Of a stretch of DNA of 64,000 nucleotides, positions 15,501-24,910 are shown in pieces. Source of the DNA: Phoronis australis. Its lineage: Eukaryota > Animalia > Phoronida. The notes under the pieces were generated by a model. It saw only the letters and a program-made list of their open reading frames with translations, was not told where the DNA came from and searched no databases. Where the stretch lies: NCBI GenBank assembly GCA_002633005.1, contig NMRA01000305.1, positions 62,001 through 126,000 on the forward strand, written 5' to 3'. Each line of letters opens with the position of its first letter. Within the stretch, counting starts at the first letter, position 1. The position numbers and the translations under genes were made by a program.

Positions 15501-16139
15501 AGATGCGCGCGCCCAGCCTAAAATGTAGGAATGCAGGGGTCTCGAATTTGTGGGTGTGCGGACCTTTTGCCAAACAAAAAACAGTAAACGGGTTTGTTCA
15601 GTTTGTTCAGGGCCTATGCATTGTTTATGTTTCATTTCCTTGTTTTCTGTAGATCCCCCCAAACCCCTTGCTATAGTGCACTCTCTGTTGACTGTATTTG
15701 ATTACATAATATATTGATAAGCCATTGTATTCTGCATACCAGTACTAGCCTAACCCTTAGTCCTACACACCTGGCCCTATTGTTCACTCTTGACTTTTGT
15801 TTACAAAATAATCCAGTCCAGTCTACACCCTGATTGCTTAGTTTAATATTTACCAATGAGTAAACTGTATTTCACTTGTTGAACCTTTTCTTACTATCAT
15901 GCAGCTCTTGCTTGACAGTGCACATGTACTTTTATCTCCTCTTTNNNNNNNNNNNNNNNNNNNNNNNNNNNNNNNNNNNNNNNNNNNNNNNNNNNNNNNN
16001 NNNNNNNNNNNNNNNNNNNNNNNNNNNNNNNNNNNNNNNNNNNNNNNNNNNNNNNNNNNNNNNNNNNNNACAAGTGTTTTAAGACATGTTGGTAACTTCA
16101 CGAACAGCAAAGACCACTCACTTGGGACTTTTGAGACAT
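514..16139 (-). CDS. 5' part of an unidentified spliced protein-coding gene running off the left edge; candidate coding exons 16122-16139, 10407-10508, 1178-1346, 514-649
   Basis: The first exon starts at an ATG and ends in GT; the other three are bounded by AG/GT (GTGAGT, GTAAGT, GTAGGT, GTATAT donors). Phases are compatible (0,0,1,2), giving an open frame MSQKSQ|MAEHNGIHISQPNDFEVEFRPDIMSHLPPLSAGL|PAYSEKPKILERGSWTQAAPFKEQKHYRHVSDSIANNYSPQARELTTSVIYENTKL|APGAEEGVNLSPGIQNFQFSSNQSSSPRDSNPEYSPRQRLSALPR. Ser/Pro-rich, no domain recognised; exon linkage is inferred. Confidence 0.6.
4442..4617. mobile_element. Palindromic MITE (~175 bp)
   Basis: Left end ACACCTTATTCATGCAGCCGCCAT is the near-perfect reverse complement of right end ATGGCAGCTGCGTGAATAAGGTGT; complementarity continues inward (GAGCCTCTTTTTA / TAAAAAGAGGCTC). 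Confidence 0.75.
5132..5233. repeat. ~100-bp hairpin interspersed repeat, copy A (others at 34678-34775, 57947-58045, partial 43310-43380)
   Basis: Core stem ATTTTGAGAACCAG...CTGGTTCTCAAAAT enclosing a conserved ~25-nt loop, extended by outer complementary arms. Confidence 0.75.
8190..8420 (+). repeat. Interspersed repeat (probable non-autonomous DNA transposon fragment); related copies ~55255-55470 (+) and ~60590-60750 (-)
   Basis: Shared blocks CAGGTGA(A/C)ATTTCGTTTT, TTCTCAACAAAA, TTTCAGG.AAATTTA.TTTGCTTT and AAAATTT(T)GAGCATT; boundaries approximate. Confidence 0.55.
15945..16069. other. Assembly gap (run of N)
   Basis: Seen directly; single Ns also at 10692 and 27435. Confidence 0.99.
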
Positions 16140-17943
16140 GTTGTAAATATCCCGGCTTCCGTAGTACTCCAATATTAGCCGCTCTCGATTTTGCCCGTCA
16201 ACGCATATAGATAGTCTATTGGTCAAATATACGCGCCATTTGTAAAGTTTTACGAATATCCATGGTCACACAATTTCCGTAGTAAACCGACCATATCTGA
16301 GCGCTCTCACCACACCAGCAATTTGCTCCGCATTAGTACCTTACACATCTAATACTTCGTACACAATGTATCCCCGATTCAATTTGTCCGGTGAGATCTC
16401 GTCTATTATCATGTAAATCGAGTCACTAGGTTACGGTACACACAATGGTGAGCCACCGTGGCCTGGTCCAGGAGCTATCCCACTGGCGATTGAAAAGCCA
16501 GTGCTCTGTAACGCTCTGAAATTGCCTTTCTGGCGGTATCACGACTAAAAGCCACTCTTGTATCACCTCAGATTCATACTTGACGTAGAAAAGTGAAGTT
16601 CTTGTTGAGATTTCATCCAACTAAGTTGTACCTTTCAAAGGTGCGCGCTTCAAGTTTGCAGATTTGATCGCGCCATCTATTGATCAACAAGAAGTTCATT
16701 TGCTGGAACCCAAAGAGTTATACATAAAGAGACAACACGACCCTACTTGCAAGCCAGACAGCGCGTGACATGCGGTCCGCCATATTGATGGTAGTATGGA
16801 TCGCATGTAAAAATCGTAAAATCAAAAACAGTCAAGGCAGCAAATGCTTCGTGAAGCAGGTTCCACTTGGCAGAATCGTTGGATCCCATTGTTTCAGCTC
16901 CTGCAAATAGTACTAAAAGTTTCATATTGCGCAGGATCGTAGGCAAATAAAACGAGGGAGCACTGAAAAGTTTGTCTTATGGAAGCCGGGGAATTTTCAG
17001 AATAAAATTTTTAAATTTTAAATACTAGCGAGGTTCTAAAATATTTGTAACATAAAGTAAAGTAAACCTGTGACCCACGCATTGCTTAAACAGTCATATA
17101 ATCCATTGCAAAGACAAAATTCCTATTGCTTTGGCTGAAATTCTCACGGAGTCATGCTAGGGCCTGGGAGATTTTGCCGACTCAGTCGAAAAGAAAATCA
17201 CTGAAATGTTTTACAAAATGGTATTGTGCAATGATTAACCTTTTTCGTCGTTATAATTGTGTAATACCTATTTTTCAGTTGTTTATAAATCGACAAGACG
17301 ATCAGCTGTCGAGGGGGCCGCTCTCCGGCGTGCCATAACATCACTGTATTCCTAAAGTTTTTAGTACCGGTTTAAAAACTCCTTGACCCGACGCCACTTG
17401 ATTTATTCTAACAAAAAGATTTGAGGCATGCGTTCGTGTGAAACGCTTGAACACTAAGTAGAAAAAAATAATAGAAACTCATGGAAATCGATAAGCATAC
17501 AAACAGCAGTGTGCGTGCATGTAAACTGAGTCGTGTCATTGTGTCGGGTGCAACAACCTATGGAACTGTATATGTTCGTGTACATGAGCATATTCGGAAT
17601 TGAAGGCATAGGCCACTGAGTTTGAATAAAACTTGGGATCAAACTTTTGCAAAACGATAGAGTTTCAGAAACTAATATGTTAACATTAAGTAAGGCAATG
17701 AAAAAAGAAGAGTGCACGACGCCAAAAACACCCTGTACTGATTGGTAAGACACGCACGTATACATCAGTTAGCCGCGTGTGCCTGTGAACACTACTGCTT
17801 GGGCGGCAGAAGCCGGAGGTAGAAGTGTGCATTGATTTTGCACAGACCCGATTTCTGAAAGGTGATTGGAATTGTCTACTTCAGGTAAAACCAAGGAATA
17901 ATGATTACATCAATATACAGACGTTTTTTTTAATAAAACGCAA

Positions 17944-18081
17944 CGCCACTATTGGTTTCCGGTTTATTATTTTACGCGAGTTATTCGTTTGACTATTTTT
18001 GTTAGCCCTTCCGGTTTCGCCATTTGCGATAAATAAACACAAGTATTTTGAGTTCACACATTTACTCTCATTTTACTGGCG
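17944..18081 (+). repeat. 5' LTR (138 bp)
   Basis: Identical to 23019-23156 by eye; terminal inverted repeat CGCCA/TGGCG; internal AATAAA. Confidence 0.95.
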
Positions 18082-18092
18082 TGGCGGCAGCG
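18082..18092 (+). promoter_or_regulatory. Primer-binding site, probably tRNA-Leu
   Basis: TGGCGGCAGCG abuts the 5' LTR and matches 10/11 to the reverse complement (TGGTGGCAGCG) of the typical eukaryotic tRNA-Leu 3' end ...CGCTGCCA-CCA. Confidence 0.6.
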
Positions 18093-18107
18093 TGTTCTTA
18101 ACGAACC

Positions 18108-21100
18108 ATGGCTAAGGCACCCAAGCAGTGGTGTCTGACGAAATCCGAAACTATAAACTCCTTCGACAATTGGAGACATAATATAACCTATGTTTTATCG
18201 CTGGACGCTAACTTTGCTGACTTTTTGCAAGGCGATTTTACTTGGGACAAGGCAAAGGTTCCTCTACGAGGGTTGTTCAATGACCCGGACACTGTTCCTG
18301 AGGCGCGGCGCCGAACTGCCGCCCAAAAACTAACTCATCTGAACTTAATGTTGGGACAAATCGCGAATTTTTGTCCAGTTATTTCACGTAACACCATCAT
18401 TAAGCAGTCAACATCGCTTGCCTCTATCTGGCAAACCATACGTGCTCACTATGGGTTCCAAACCTCGGGTGGACACTTTTTGGACTTTGCTGAAATACGC
18501 CTTCTTCCCGATGAGCGTCCGGAGGACTTATACCAACGCATTATGGCATTTATTGAGGACAATCTTCTTGGTCCTGACAATACTATACTACACCATGGGT
18601 TACCCATCACTGACGAAGACGAAATGTCTCCCACCCTTGAAAACCTAGCTGTCCTGACGTGGCTCCGCCTCGTAAACCCCGGACTTCCACGTCTCGTACA
18701 ACAGCGTTATGGTCCCGAGCTGAGATCCAAGACCCTGGCTTCTATCAAACCTGACATCTCCCAGTCTCTACAGGCTCTACTTGACGAACTCCAGTCATTA
18801 GAAGACGCCAAAGTCATGAGATCGGCCTCTGCTCCCCGTCGTACCCCATCTCTTCCCAGCCGTCGACCAACCAAGAGTTGCGCTCTTTGTAAACAGGCCC
18901 GCCGGTCGCAGTTCGATCATTACCTGTCCCAGTGCCCGTTTCTGCCTGCGGAAGACAAGCGTTACTTCTCGAAGGTACGATCATCTGAGGTCGACGATCC
19001 CGAAGACTCTACAGATCTGTTTGATGTAACTCCCCCTGTGGACCCAGTTGTTCATCGTGTTCACATTGTCCAGTCCCCATTTCTCGATGCCTTTTGTAAT
19101 GGCCATAGTGTACGTTTGACCCTTGACTGCGGTGCCACAGGCAACATGATTCGTGAGTCTTGTGCCAAGTCCCTTGGTGCGGTTATTGCCCCCAACACTC
19201 AGTTTGCATATCAGGCGGATGGTGTATCCCCCCTTAACGTTATTGGTGAAACCAAGATTTTGTTCACCCGTGACTGCCACACTCTTACCTTTGAGGGATT
19301 GGTAATCAAGACGTTGGATGTCGATGTTCTCGCAGCCACCCCGTTCATGGTGAAGAATGATATCTCTGTTCGACCAATCAAGAAAGAAGTCAGAGTTGGT
19401 GATGACAGTGTGTACCTTTACAACCATACTCAGCCACGACCAAAGCAGACTCTCGTCCGTCGTACTCATGTCTTGCGTTCCCCTCCTCAGCCTACTGTTG
19501 TTTGGCCAGGAGAAACCCTTGACCTTGATGTGCCTGCCGAACTAGTTGGTCAAGATTACGAAATTGCCATTGAGCCCAGATCCGATTCACCGAGTGCTCG
19601 TCGGTGCAGTGCCAAAGAGTTGTGGCCACAACCTCAGATCTTGAAACCTAATGGCGGTAAGATCAGCATCATCAACGACTCGTCTGATCCCAAATTCCTC
19701 CGTAAAGAAGAGCAGTTTTGTCAGATCCATCACGTTTTTGCACCTGAGCCCAAAGCTGACTCCCAGCCTATGACCCCACCTGAACAGAAGATTGAACACC
19801 AAAGATACGCTTCTGTGGATCCTGATGGCATCTTACCTAAAGCCACACGTGAAGCATTTGAACGCCTCCACGAGCATTTTGCTTCCATGTTTTCTCCGAC
19901 ATTTCCCGGATACAATGGCGCAGCCGGCCCTTTCAAGGGGTCCGTTAACATGGGCCCTACTCAACCACCTCAGCGTAAGGGTCGTCTCCCTTTGTACTCG
20001 CCATCGAAGCTCAACGAACTTCAGCAAAAGTTCCACGAACTCGAGGCCCTAGGAGTGTTTGTGCGACCAGAAGACGTTGGAGTGAAAGTCGAGTATCTCA
20101 ACCCGTCCTTTTTGGTTAAGAAACTTAACGGTGGTTTCCGTCTTGTGACTGCCTTCTCGGATGTGGGAAGGTATGCTAAGCCGCAACCATCACTTATGCC
20201 AGACGTTGATTCTGTTCTACGTAAAATAGCCCAGTGGAAGTTTCTTGCTAAGACAGACCTAACTAATGCCTTCTACCAGATCCCTCTTTCACGCGAGTCT
20301 ATGAAATATTGTGGCGTGGCTACCCCCTTCCACGGGGTACGTGTCTACGCTCGCTGTGCTATGGGAATGCCTGGGTCGGAGACTGCCTTAGAGGAACTCA
20401 CCTCCCGTGTTCTTGGACACCTCCTTGAGGAAGGCATCGTAACCAAGCTTGCAGATGATCTGTATTGCGGTGGTCAAACACCCTCCGAGTTGTTGGCCAA
20501 CTGGGAACGTGTTCTTGCAGCACTAGCAAAGTGTGATCTTCATCTATCTGCTACCAAGACCGTTATCGCCCCGAAGCGAACCACCATACTGGGATGGATT
20601 TGGGAATCTGGTACGCTCCAAGCTAGCACCCACAGAGTTGCCGCATTGGCTTCATGTGCCAAGCCCACAACAGTGCGTCAGATGCGATCCTTCATTGGTG
20701 CTTATAAAGTACTGGCCCGTGTTATTCCTCATTGTTCTCAGTATTTGTCTCCACTTGATGATGCGATTTCCGGCCAAGACTCCAAAGATAAGATATCATG
20801 GTCTGATGAATTGTCTGCAGCTTTTACTTCCGCGCAGAGTGCCCTGTCCACGAACAAGATCATCACCCTCCCTCGTCCCGACGATCACATTTGGATTGTT
20901 ACTGACGCTTCTGCAAAGCATCCTGGCATAGCTGCTACTTTATATGTCACCAGGTCCGATAAACCTCGTATCGCCTCTTTCTTCAGTGCCAAACTTAAAG
21001 CCCGTCAAGTTCTTTGGCTTCCTTGCGAGATAGAGGCTCTGGCCATTGCTGTTGCTTTGAAACACTTCAGCCCCTACCTCATACAGTCGATCCATCGGGC

Positions 21101-22895
21101 CACTGTTCTTACTGACAGCAAGCCATGCGTACAGGCCTTTGAGCGTTTGTGTAGAGGAGAGTTTTCTGTGAGCCCCAGGGTATCCACATTTCTGTCTGCT
21201 GTTTCGAGGTTCCAGGCGTCTATCCGCCATGTATCTGGGGCTTCAAACATTGTCTCGGATTTCGCTAGTCGTCATAGTGCGGAATGCACTGATCAGTCGT
21301 GCCAACTCTGCTCCTTCATTTCCTCGACCGAGGAGTGCGTGGTTTTACGTACGTCATCTGACGACATCTTGTCCGGCACTACAAGACTTCCATTTACATC
21401 ACGATCAGCGTGGCATGGAATTCAGGCTGAATGTGCTGACTTACGCCGCACTCATGCTCACCTCACCCAGGGTACCCGACCAAGCAAGAAGGTAACCGAT
21501 GCCAGAGATGTGAAGCGATACCTGAATGTTGCCAAAGTCGCCAATGATGGCTTACTGGTCGTTCGTCGCGATGCTCCTCTTTCATCTGGACGCGAGTGCA
21601 TCATCGTTCCACGTTCCGTATTGGATGGTCTCCTTACAGCTTTGCATCTTCGCTTAGATCATCCCTCAGCAAACCAACTACGCCTCGTTATCCGTCGTTA
21701 TTTCTACGCCCTAGACGTAGATGCTGCAGTTGATAGATGTACACAGTCTTGTCATCAGTGTTGCTCCCTGCGTGCGTTCCCCAAAACCCAGGTCAGCCAA
21801 GAAACCTTGGATCCTCCCCCCGCTGTAGGTGTATCCTTTGCTGCGGATGTCATGAAACGCGATCGACAGGACATCCTTGTGCTTCGTGAGTGCGTGTCAT
21901 CATACACACTTGCGCGCATTATTGACAGCGAACGGGCTGAGAGTTTGCGAGATAATCTCCTCCAGATGTGTATTGAGCTTCGACCCTTGGATGGTCCCCC
22001 TGCCGTGATTCGCACTGATCCTGCTCCTGGATTTCAGGCTCTCCGCAACGATGAAAGTCTTAAGCGCCACAGATTGATGCTAGAGATAGGGCGAGTTAAG
22101 AACCCCAACCACAACCCTGTTGCAGAGAAGGCGGTTCGCGAATTGTCTGATGAGTTGCTGAAAGATCACTTGGGTAATGGGAAAGTCACTCCCTTACAAC
22201 TGTCCCTTGCTGTTGCTCGGCTCAATAGCCGTCTACGCTCCAGAGGATTATCTGCACGTGAAATTTGGTTCCAACGTGATCAGTTTACTAATGCGCAGTT
22301 ACCCATCGATGACCAATCTATGATTCATGCTCAACATCAGGGCCGCATAAAGAACCATGAATCTAGCGTGAAATCGAAAGCCCCTTTACGAAAGGCCCCT
22401 CCTTCATGCCGTGCAAATGTGGGAGACTTGGTGTACCTCTATTCTGACCGAGACAAAACACGATCTCGTCCTCGCTATCTCGTGGTCAGCCGGGATGACA
22501 CCTGGTTGAATGTCCAGAAGTTCATTGGGAATCAGTTGCGATCTACATCCTATCGCGTAAAGGACACCGAATGTTACAAGGTCCCTTCAGAGACACCTTC
22601 ACTTTACGGTCCAGTTACCCACGACCTCACCGATGATGAAGAAGATCATGTCCCTCGATTAATGCTCCCATTAGCAACCCAGCCGGCACCTCAGATACCA
22701 CCTTCTAGTGTGTCTGATGTTCTTCCTGGAGTAAACCTGAGTCAACCTTCCCACACCTCGAATGATGTTGTTCCTACCAATGATGCGGGTCATACTAGCA
22801 GCGGTACACTTGACGTGACGGGAGACGTTCCTTTGCGACGCTCTTCCAGGACCAAACGTCCTCCAACCTACTTTCAGGATTTTGTGGTTGATTAA
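18108..22895 (+). CDS. Gag-Pol polyprotein (Gag, zinc knuckle, aspartic protease, dUTPase-like region, RT, RNase H, DDE integrase)
   Basis: CALCKQARRSQFDHYLSQC knuckle; LDCGATG protease; RT motifs KTDLTNAFYQIPL, AMGMPGS, KLADDLY, ILGW; RNase H TDAS/EALAI/TDSKP/SDFASR; integrase H-x4-H...CHQC, AADV, RTDPAPGF, VAEKAVREL; Gypsy domain order RT-RH-IN; no frameshift or stop. Confidence 0.96.
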   Translation: MAKAPKQWCLTKSETINSFDNWRHNITYVLSLDANFADFLQGDFTWDKAKVPLRGLFNDPDTVPEARRRTAAQKLTHLNLMLGQIANFCPVISRNTIIKQSTSLASIWQTIRAHYGFQTSGGHFLDFAEIRLLPDERPEDLYQRIMAFIEDNLLGPDNTILHHGLPITDEDEMSPTLENLAVLTWLRLVNPGLPRLVQQRYGPELRSKTLASIKPDISQSLQALLDELQSLEDAKVMRSASAPRRTPSLPSRRPTKSCALCKQARRSQFDHYLSQCPFLPAEDKRYFSKVRSSEVDDPEDSTDLFDVTPPVDPVVHRVHIVQSPFLDAFCNGHSVRLTLDCGATGNMIRESCAKSLGAVIAPNTQFAYQADGVSPLNVIGETKILFTRDCHTLTFEGLVIKTLDVDVLAATPFMVKNDISVRPIKKEVRVGDDSVYLYNHTQPRPKQTLVRRTHVLRSPPQPTVVWPGETLDLDVPAELVGQDYEIAIEPRSDSPSARRCSAKELWPQPQILKPNGGKISIINDSSDPKFLRKEEQFCQIHHVFAPEPKADSQPMTPPEQKIEHQRYASVDPDGILPKATREAFERLHEHFASMFSPTFPGYNGAAGPFKGSVNMGPTQPPQRKGRLPLYSPSKLNELQQKFHELEALGVFVRPEDVGVKVEYLNPSFLVKKLNGGFRLVTAFSDVGRYAKPQPSLMPDVDSVLRKIAQWKFLAKTDLTNAFYQIPLSRESMKYCGVATPFHGVRVYARCAMGMPGSETALEELTSRVLGHLLEEGIVTKLADDLYCGGQTPSELLANWERVLAALAKCDLHLSATKTVIAPKRTTILGWIWESGTLQASTHRVAALASCAKPTTVRQMRSFIGAYKVLARVIPHCSQYLSPLDDAISGQDSKDKISWSDELSAAFTSAQSALSTNKIITLPRPDDHIWIVTDASAKHPGIAATLYVTRSDKPRIASFFSAKLKARQVLWLPCEIEALAIAVALKHFSPYLIQSIHRATVLTDSKPCVQAFERLCRGEFSVSPRVSTFLSAVSRFQASIRHVSGASNIVSDFASRHSAECTDQSCQLCSFISSTEECVVLRTSSDDILSGTTRLPFTSRSAWHGIQAECADLRRTHAHLTQGTRPSKKVTDARDVKRYLNVAKVANDGLLVVRRDAPLSSGRECIIVPRSVLDGLLTALHLRLDHPSANQLRLVIRRYFYALDVDAAVDRCTQSCHQCCSLRAFPKTQVSQETLDPPPAVGVSFAADVMKRDRQDILVLRECVSSYTLARIIDSERAESLRDNLLQMCIELRPLDGPPAVIRTDPAPGFQALRNDESLKRHRLMLEIGRVKNPNHNPVAEKAVRELSDELLKDHLGNGKVTPLQLSLAVARLNSRLRSRGLSAREIWFQRDQFTNAQLPIDDQSMIHAQHQGRIKNHESSVKSKAPLRKAPPSCRANVGDLVYLYSDRDKTRSRPRYLVVSRDDTWLNVQKFIGNQLRSTSYRVKDTECYKVPSETPSLYGPVTHDLTDDEEDHVPRLMLPLATQPAPQIPPSSVSDVLPGVNLSQPSHTSNDVVPTNDAGHTSSGTLDVTGDVPLRRSSRTKRPPTYFQDFVVD

Positions 22896-23018
22896 GTGTT
22901 ATGGTATCCTCCCTGGACTTTGATGGTACCGATCCTAGTTCAAGTGTATTACATGTATTGTGCTAATTTTTTCTTAGGACTGATAAGTGTTACTTCAAAG
23001 GACTTAAAAGAGACATTA

Positions 23019-23156
23019 CGCCACTATTGGTTTCCGGTTTATTATTTTACGCGAGTTATTCGTTTGACTATTTTTGTTAGCCCTTCCGGTTTCGCCATTT
23101 GCGATAAATAAACACAAGTATTTTGAGTTCACACATTTACTCTCATTTTACTGGCG
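23019..23156 (+). repeat. 3' LTR (138 bp)
   Basis: Identical to the 5' LTR; preceded by only a weak purine tract (AAAAGAGA). Confidence 0.95.
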
Positions 23157-23588
23157 CAAGCAAGGGGTGCTGAAGAGTCTCACGGAAAATTACTTCAGTA
23201 ATACGCTACTTTTTTAACTATCTAGTATTACTTGTCCGTGTACCTAATTCATATTAGCGTGGTGAACTCAGTGGTAATTTGTACAGTTTGAAATGTCATG
23301 GTCTCACAGTTCAAACACTTGTGTCATAGACTTTGTTGTAAAACAACACGCCGCGGAACTAGAGTTTTAAAAAGGTGTTGGCGTTATTAATTTTACCAAT
23401 ATTAACTTTTACACCAATCAATGTACCCCTTTTATCCGACCAAGATGTGCGGAGTCGCAGATTTTTTTCCTGTCAATAACAAGCACACTTCCATCTGACT
23501 GACCATCCTGAACGAGAAGGACAACAAAAATGTTCACACAGAAACAACACATTGAGATACTGTAATCATATCAAAAAATAAGGTTTTG

Positions 23589-23652
23589 ATTTATTTCAAA
23601 ATATATTTATTTCAAAATATATTTATTTCAAAATATATTTATTTCAAAATAT
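23589..23652. repeat. 16-bp tandem repeat (ATTTATTTCAAAATAT) x~4
   Basis: Seen directly. Confidence 0.9.
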
Positions 23653-24049
23653 CACCATCACGCAGTAAAATCACACCGTGACAGTAAAATGGAAATGTCT
23701 AGCTGGTACACAGTTACTGGTACGAGCACTCCACTTCAGCAAAAGTCAGATTTCAACCAACTCTAATTTAATCCCTCAATTCAGTTGGATCCGACATTTA
23801 CTGGCACACACTTATGTTACTAGTACATTTATATTGGCAACACCCCGCAACTAACTAAATATGACTAAACTCAATGGTCATAAACTCTACCTGCCCTGTC
23901 TTACATACCCAGTCATTAATACACTGTAAGTACATGTAGCAGAAGACCATTAACAGGACAGCATATAAAAATGATGATTTTTCTCAAGTAAGACAGTTGC
24001 AGATTTTAATAGCTTGTTAGGTTACATAACATTTGTCCCATCTCTTAAA

Positions 24050-24910
24050 ATCTACAGATTGAAACAACCCATCGACCGTCCCAATATAACATTGTGGGGC
24101 GTGGTATTCTTACGGTATCCCTTCCTTTGATCCTGCCCTGTTCCCAATAATCTGGCTATGTTTAATAAATCTTCGAATTGGTGTTCACTTTGTAAACATG
24201 TCCAACTACTAATCTTGTAGTCACGTTTTGTGCTTCTTTGTTGCTAGAAAACAACAGATATCTTGGAGAGAATATAAGGTCACTAAACCCAAATCGGACT
24301 AAGAAGGTAAGTCAGGTTAAAGACCACGAAAAAGCGACTTTTATCCAATATTCCAAGTTTAAACAAGCCACGCCCTTGCTTAAACTTGGAATAATTCATT
24401 TTCTTCATCTTAACAAAAAATCGTGTGGTGAACTAAACATTCTCTGAATGGTTGCTATATATTGTAAATGCGTTTTCTAAGTCCGGCGCTCTCAATACCT
24501 TTATAAAACTATTTCAGTGATCTCATCTCATCGGACGACCACACCACTTCCCTCGTTCCACTCAGTTTCCAAAAGTCCTTTAACTGTTTATGGTTGCGTT
24601 TTTCTGATTGCAGGAACTGTTTAGCTAGTCTGGACCTGGGTCCCTCCAAGCCTGTTGCTTCCGTTGACTTGTTTTGGCGTCACTTTTCTTGTTCTTCACC
24701 TATGACATCATTTTTTTCTGCAGTCAATTCTGTGAGGAAACCTTTTCCTCGAGAGAAAGATGCTCTGACCTTTTTCTACTCATTTTATTGATGACGGAGC
24801 TACCAGGAGAATACGCCTGCACTGATTCTACCTGCAACTGTGTACTGTCTTTGAAACCCACGTGATCACAGTTCCATTGAAGCACTTCAATATTTCTTTT
24901 GTTGGCCTGG
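24050..24910 (-). pseudogene. Possible decayed coding sequence of unknown origin
   Basis: Protein-like stretches broken by stops and frameshifts (LEGPRSRLAKQFLQSEKRNHKQLKDFWKLSGTREVVWSSDEMRSLK; PDYWEQGRIKGRDTVRIPRPTMLYWDGRWVVSICR); abuts the Kolobok insertion. No family recognised. Confidence 0.25.

Larger units (their letters stand above)
17944..23156 (+). mobile_element. Full-length Gypsy-like LTR retrotransposon with CG...CG termini and 3-bp TSD (Troyka-like)
   Basis: Identical 138-bp direct repeats 17944-18081 and 23019-23156, each CGCCA...TGGCG; CAA on both flanks (17941-17943, 23157-23159); PBS-like TGG motif directly after the 5' LTR; single 1595-aa gag-pol ORF. Confidence 0.95.

Noticed and set aside
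586-15860. Most short ORFs in the track for this region
   Set aside because: 60-120-aa ORFs, often with non-ATG starts and no motifs, are expected by chance in intronic DNA.
15850-16210. ORFs spanning the N run
   Set aside because: Artefacts of the assembly gap.
18418-22015. Alternative-frame and antisense ORFs within gag-pol
   Set aside because: Short shadows of the long ORF with no motifs; no env-like ORF is visible.
22896-23111. Hydrophobic ORF after pol as a possible env remnant
   Set aside because: Starts at GTG, is only 71 aa and runs into the LTR; hydrophobicity reflects T-rich sequence.
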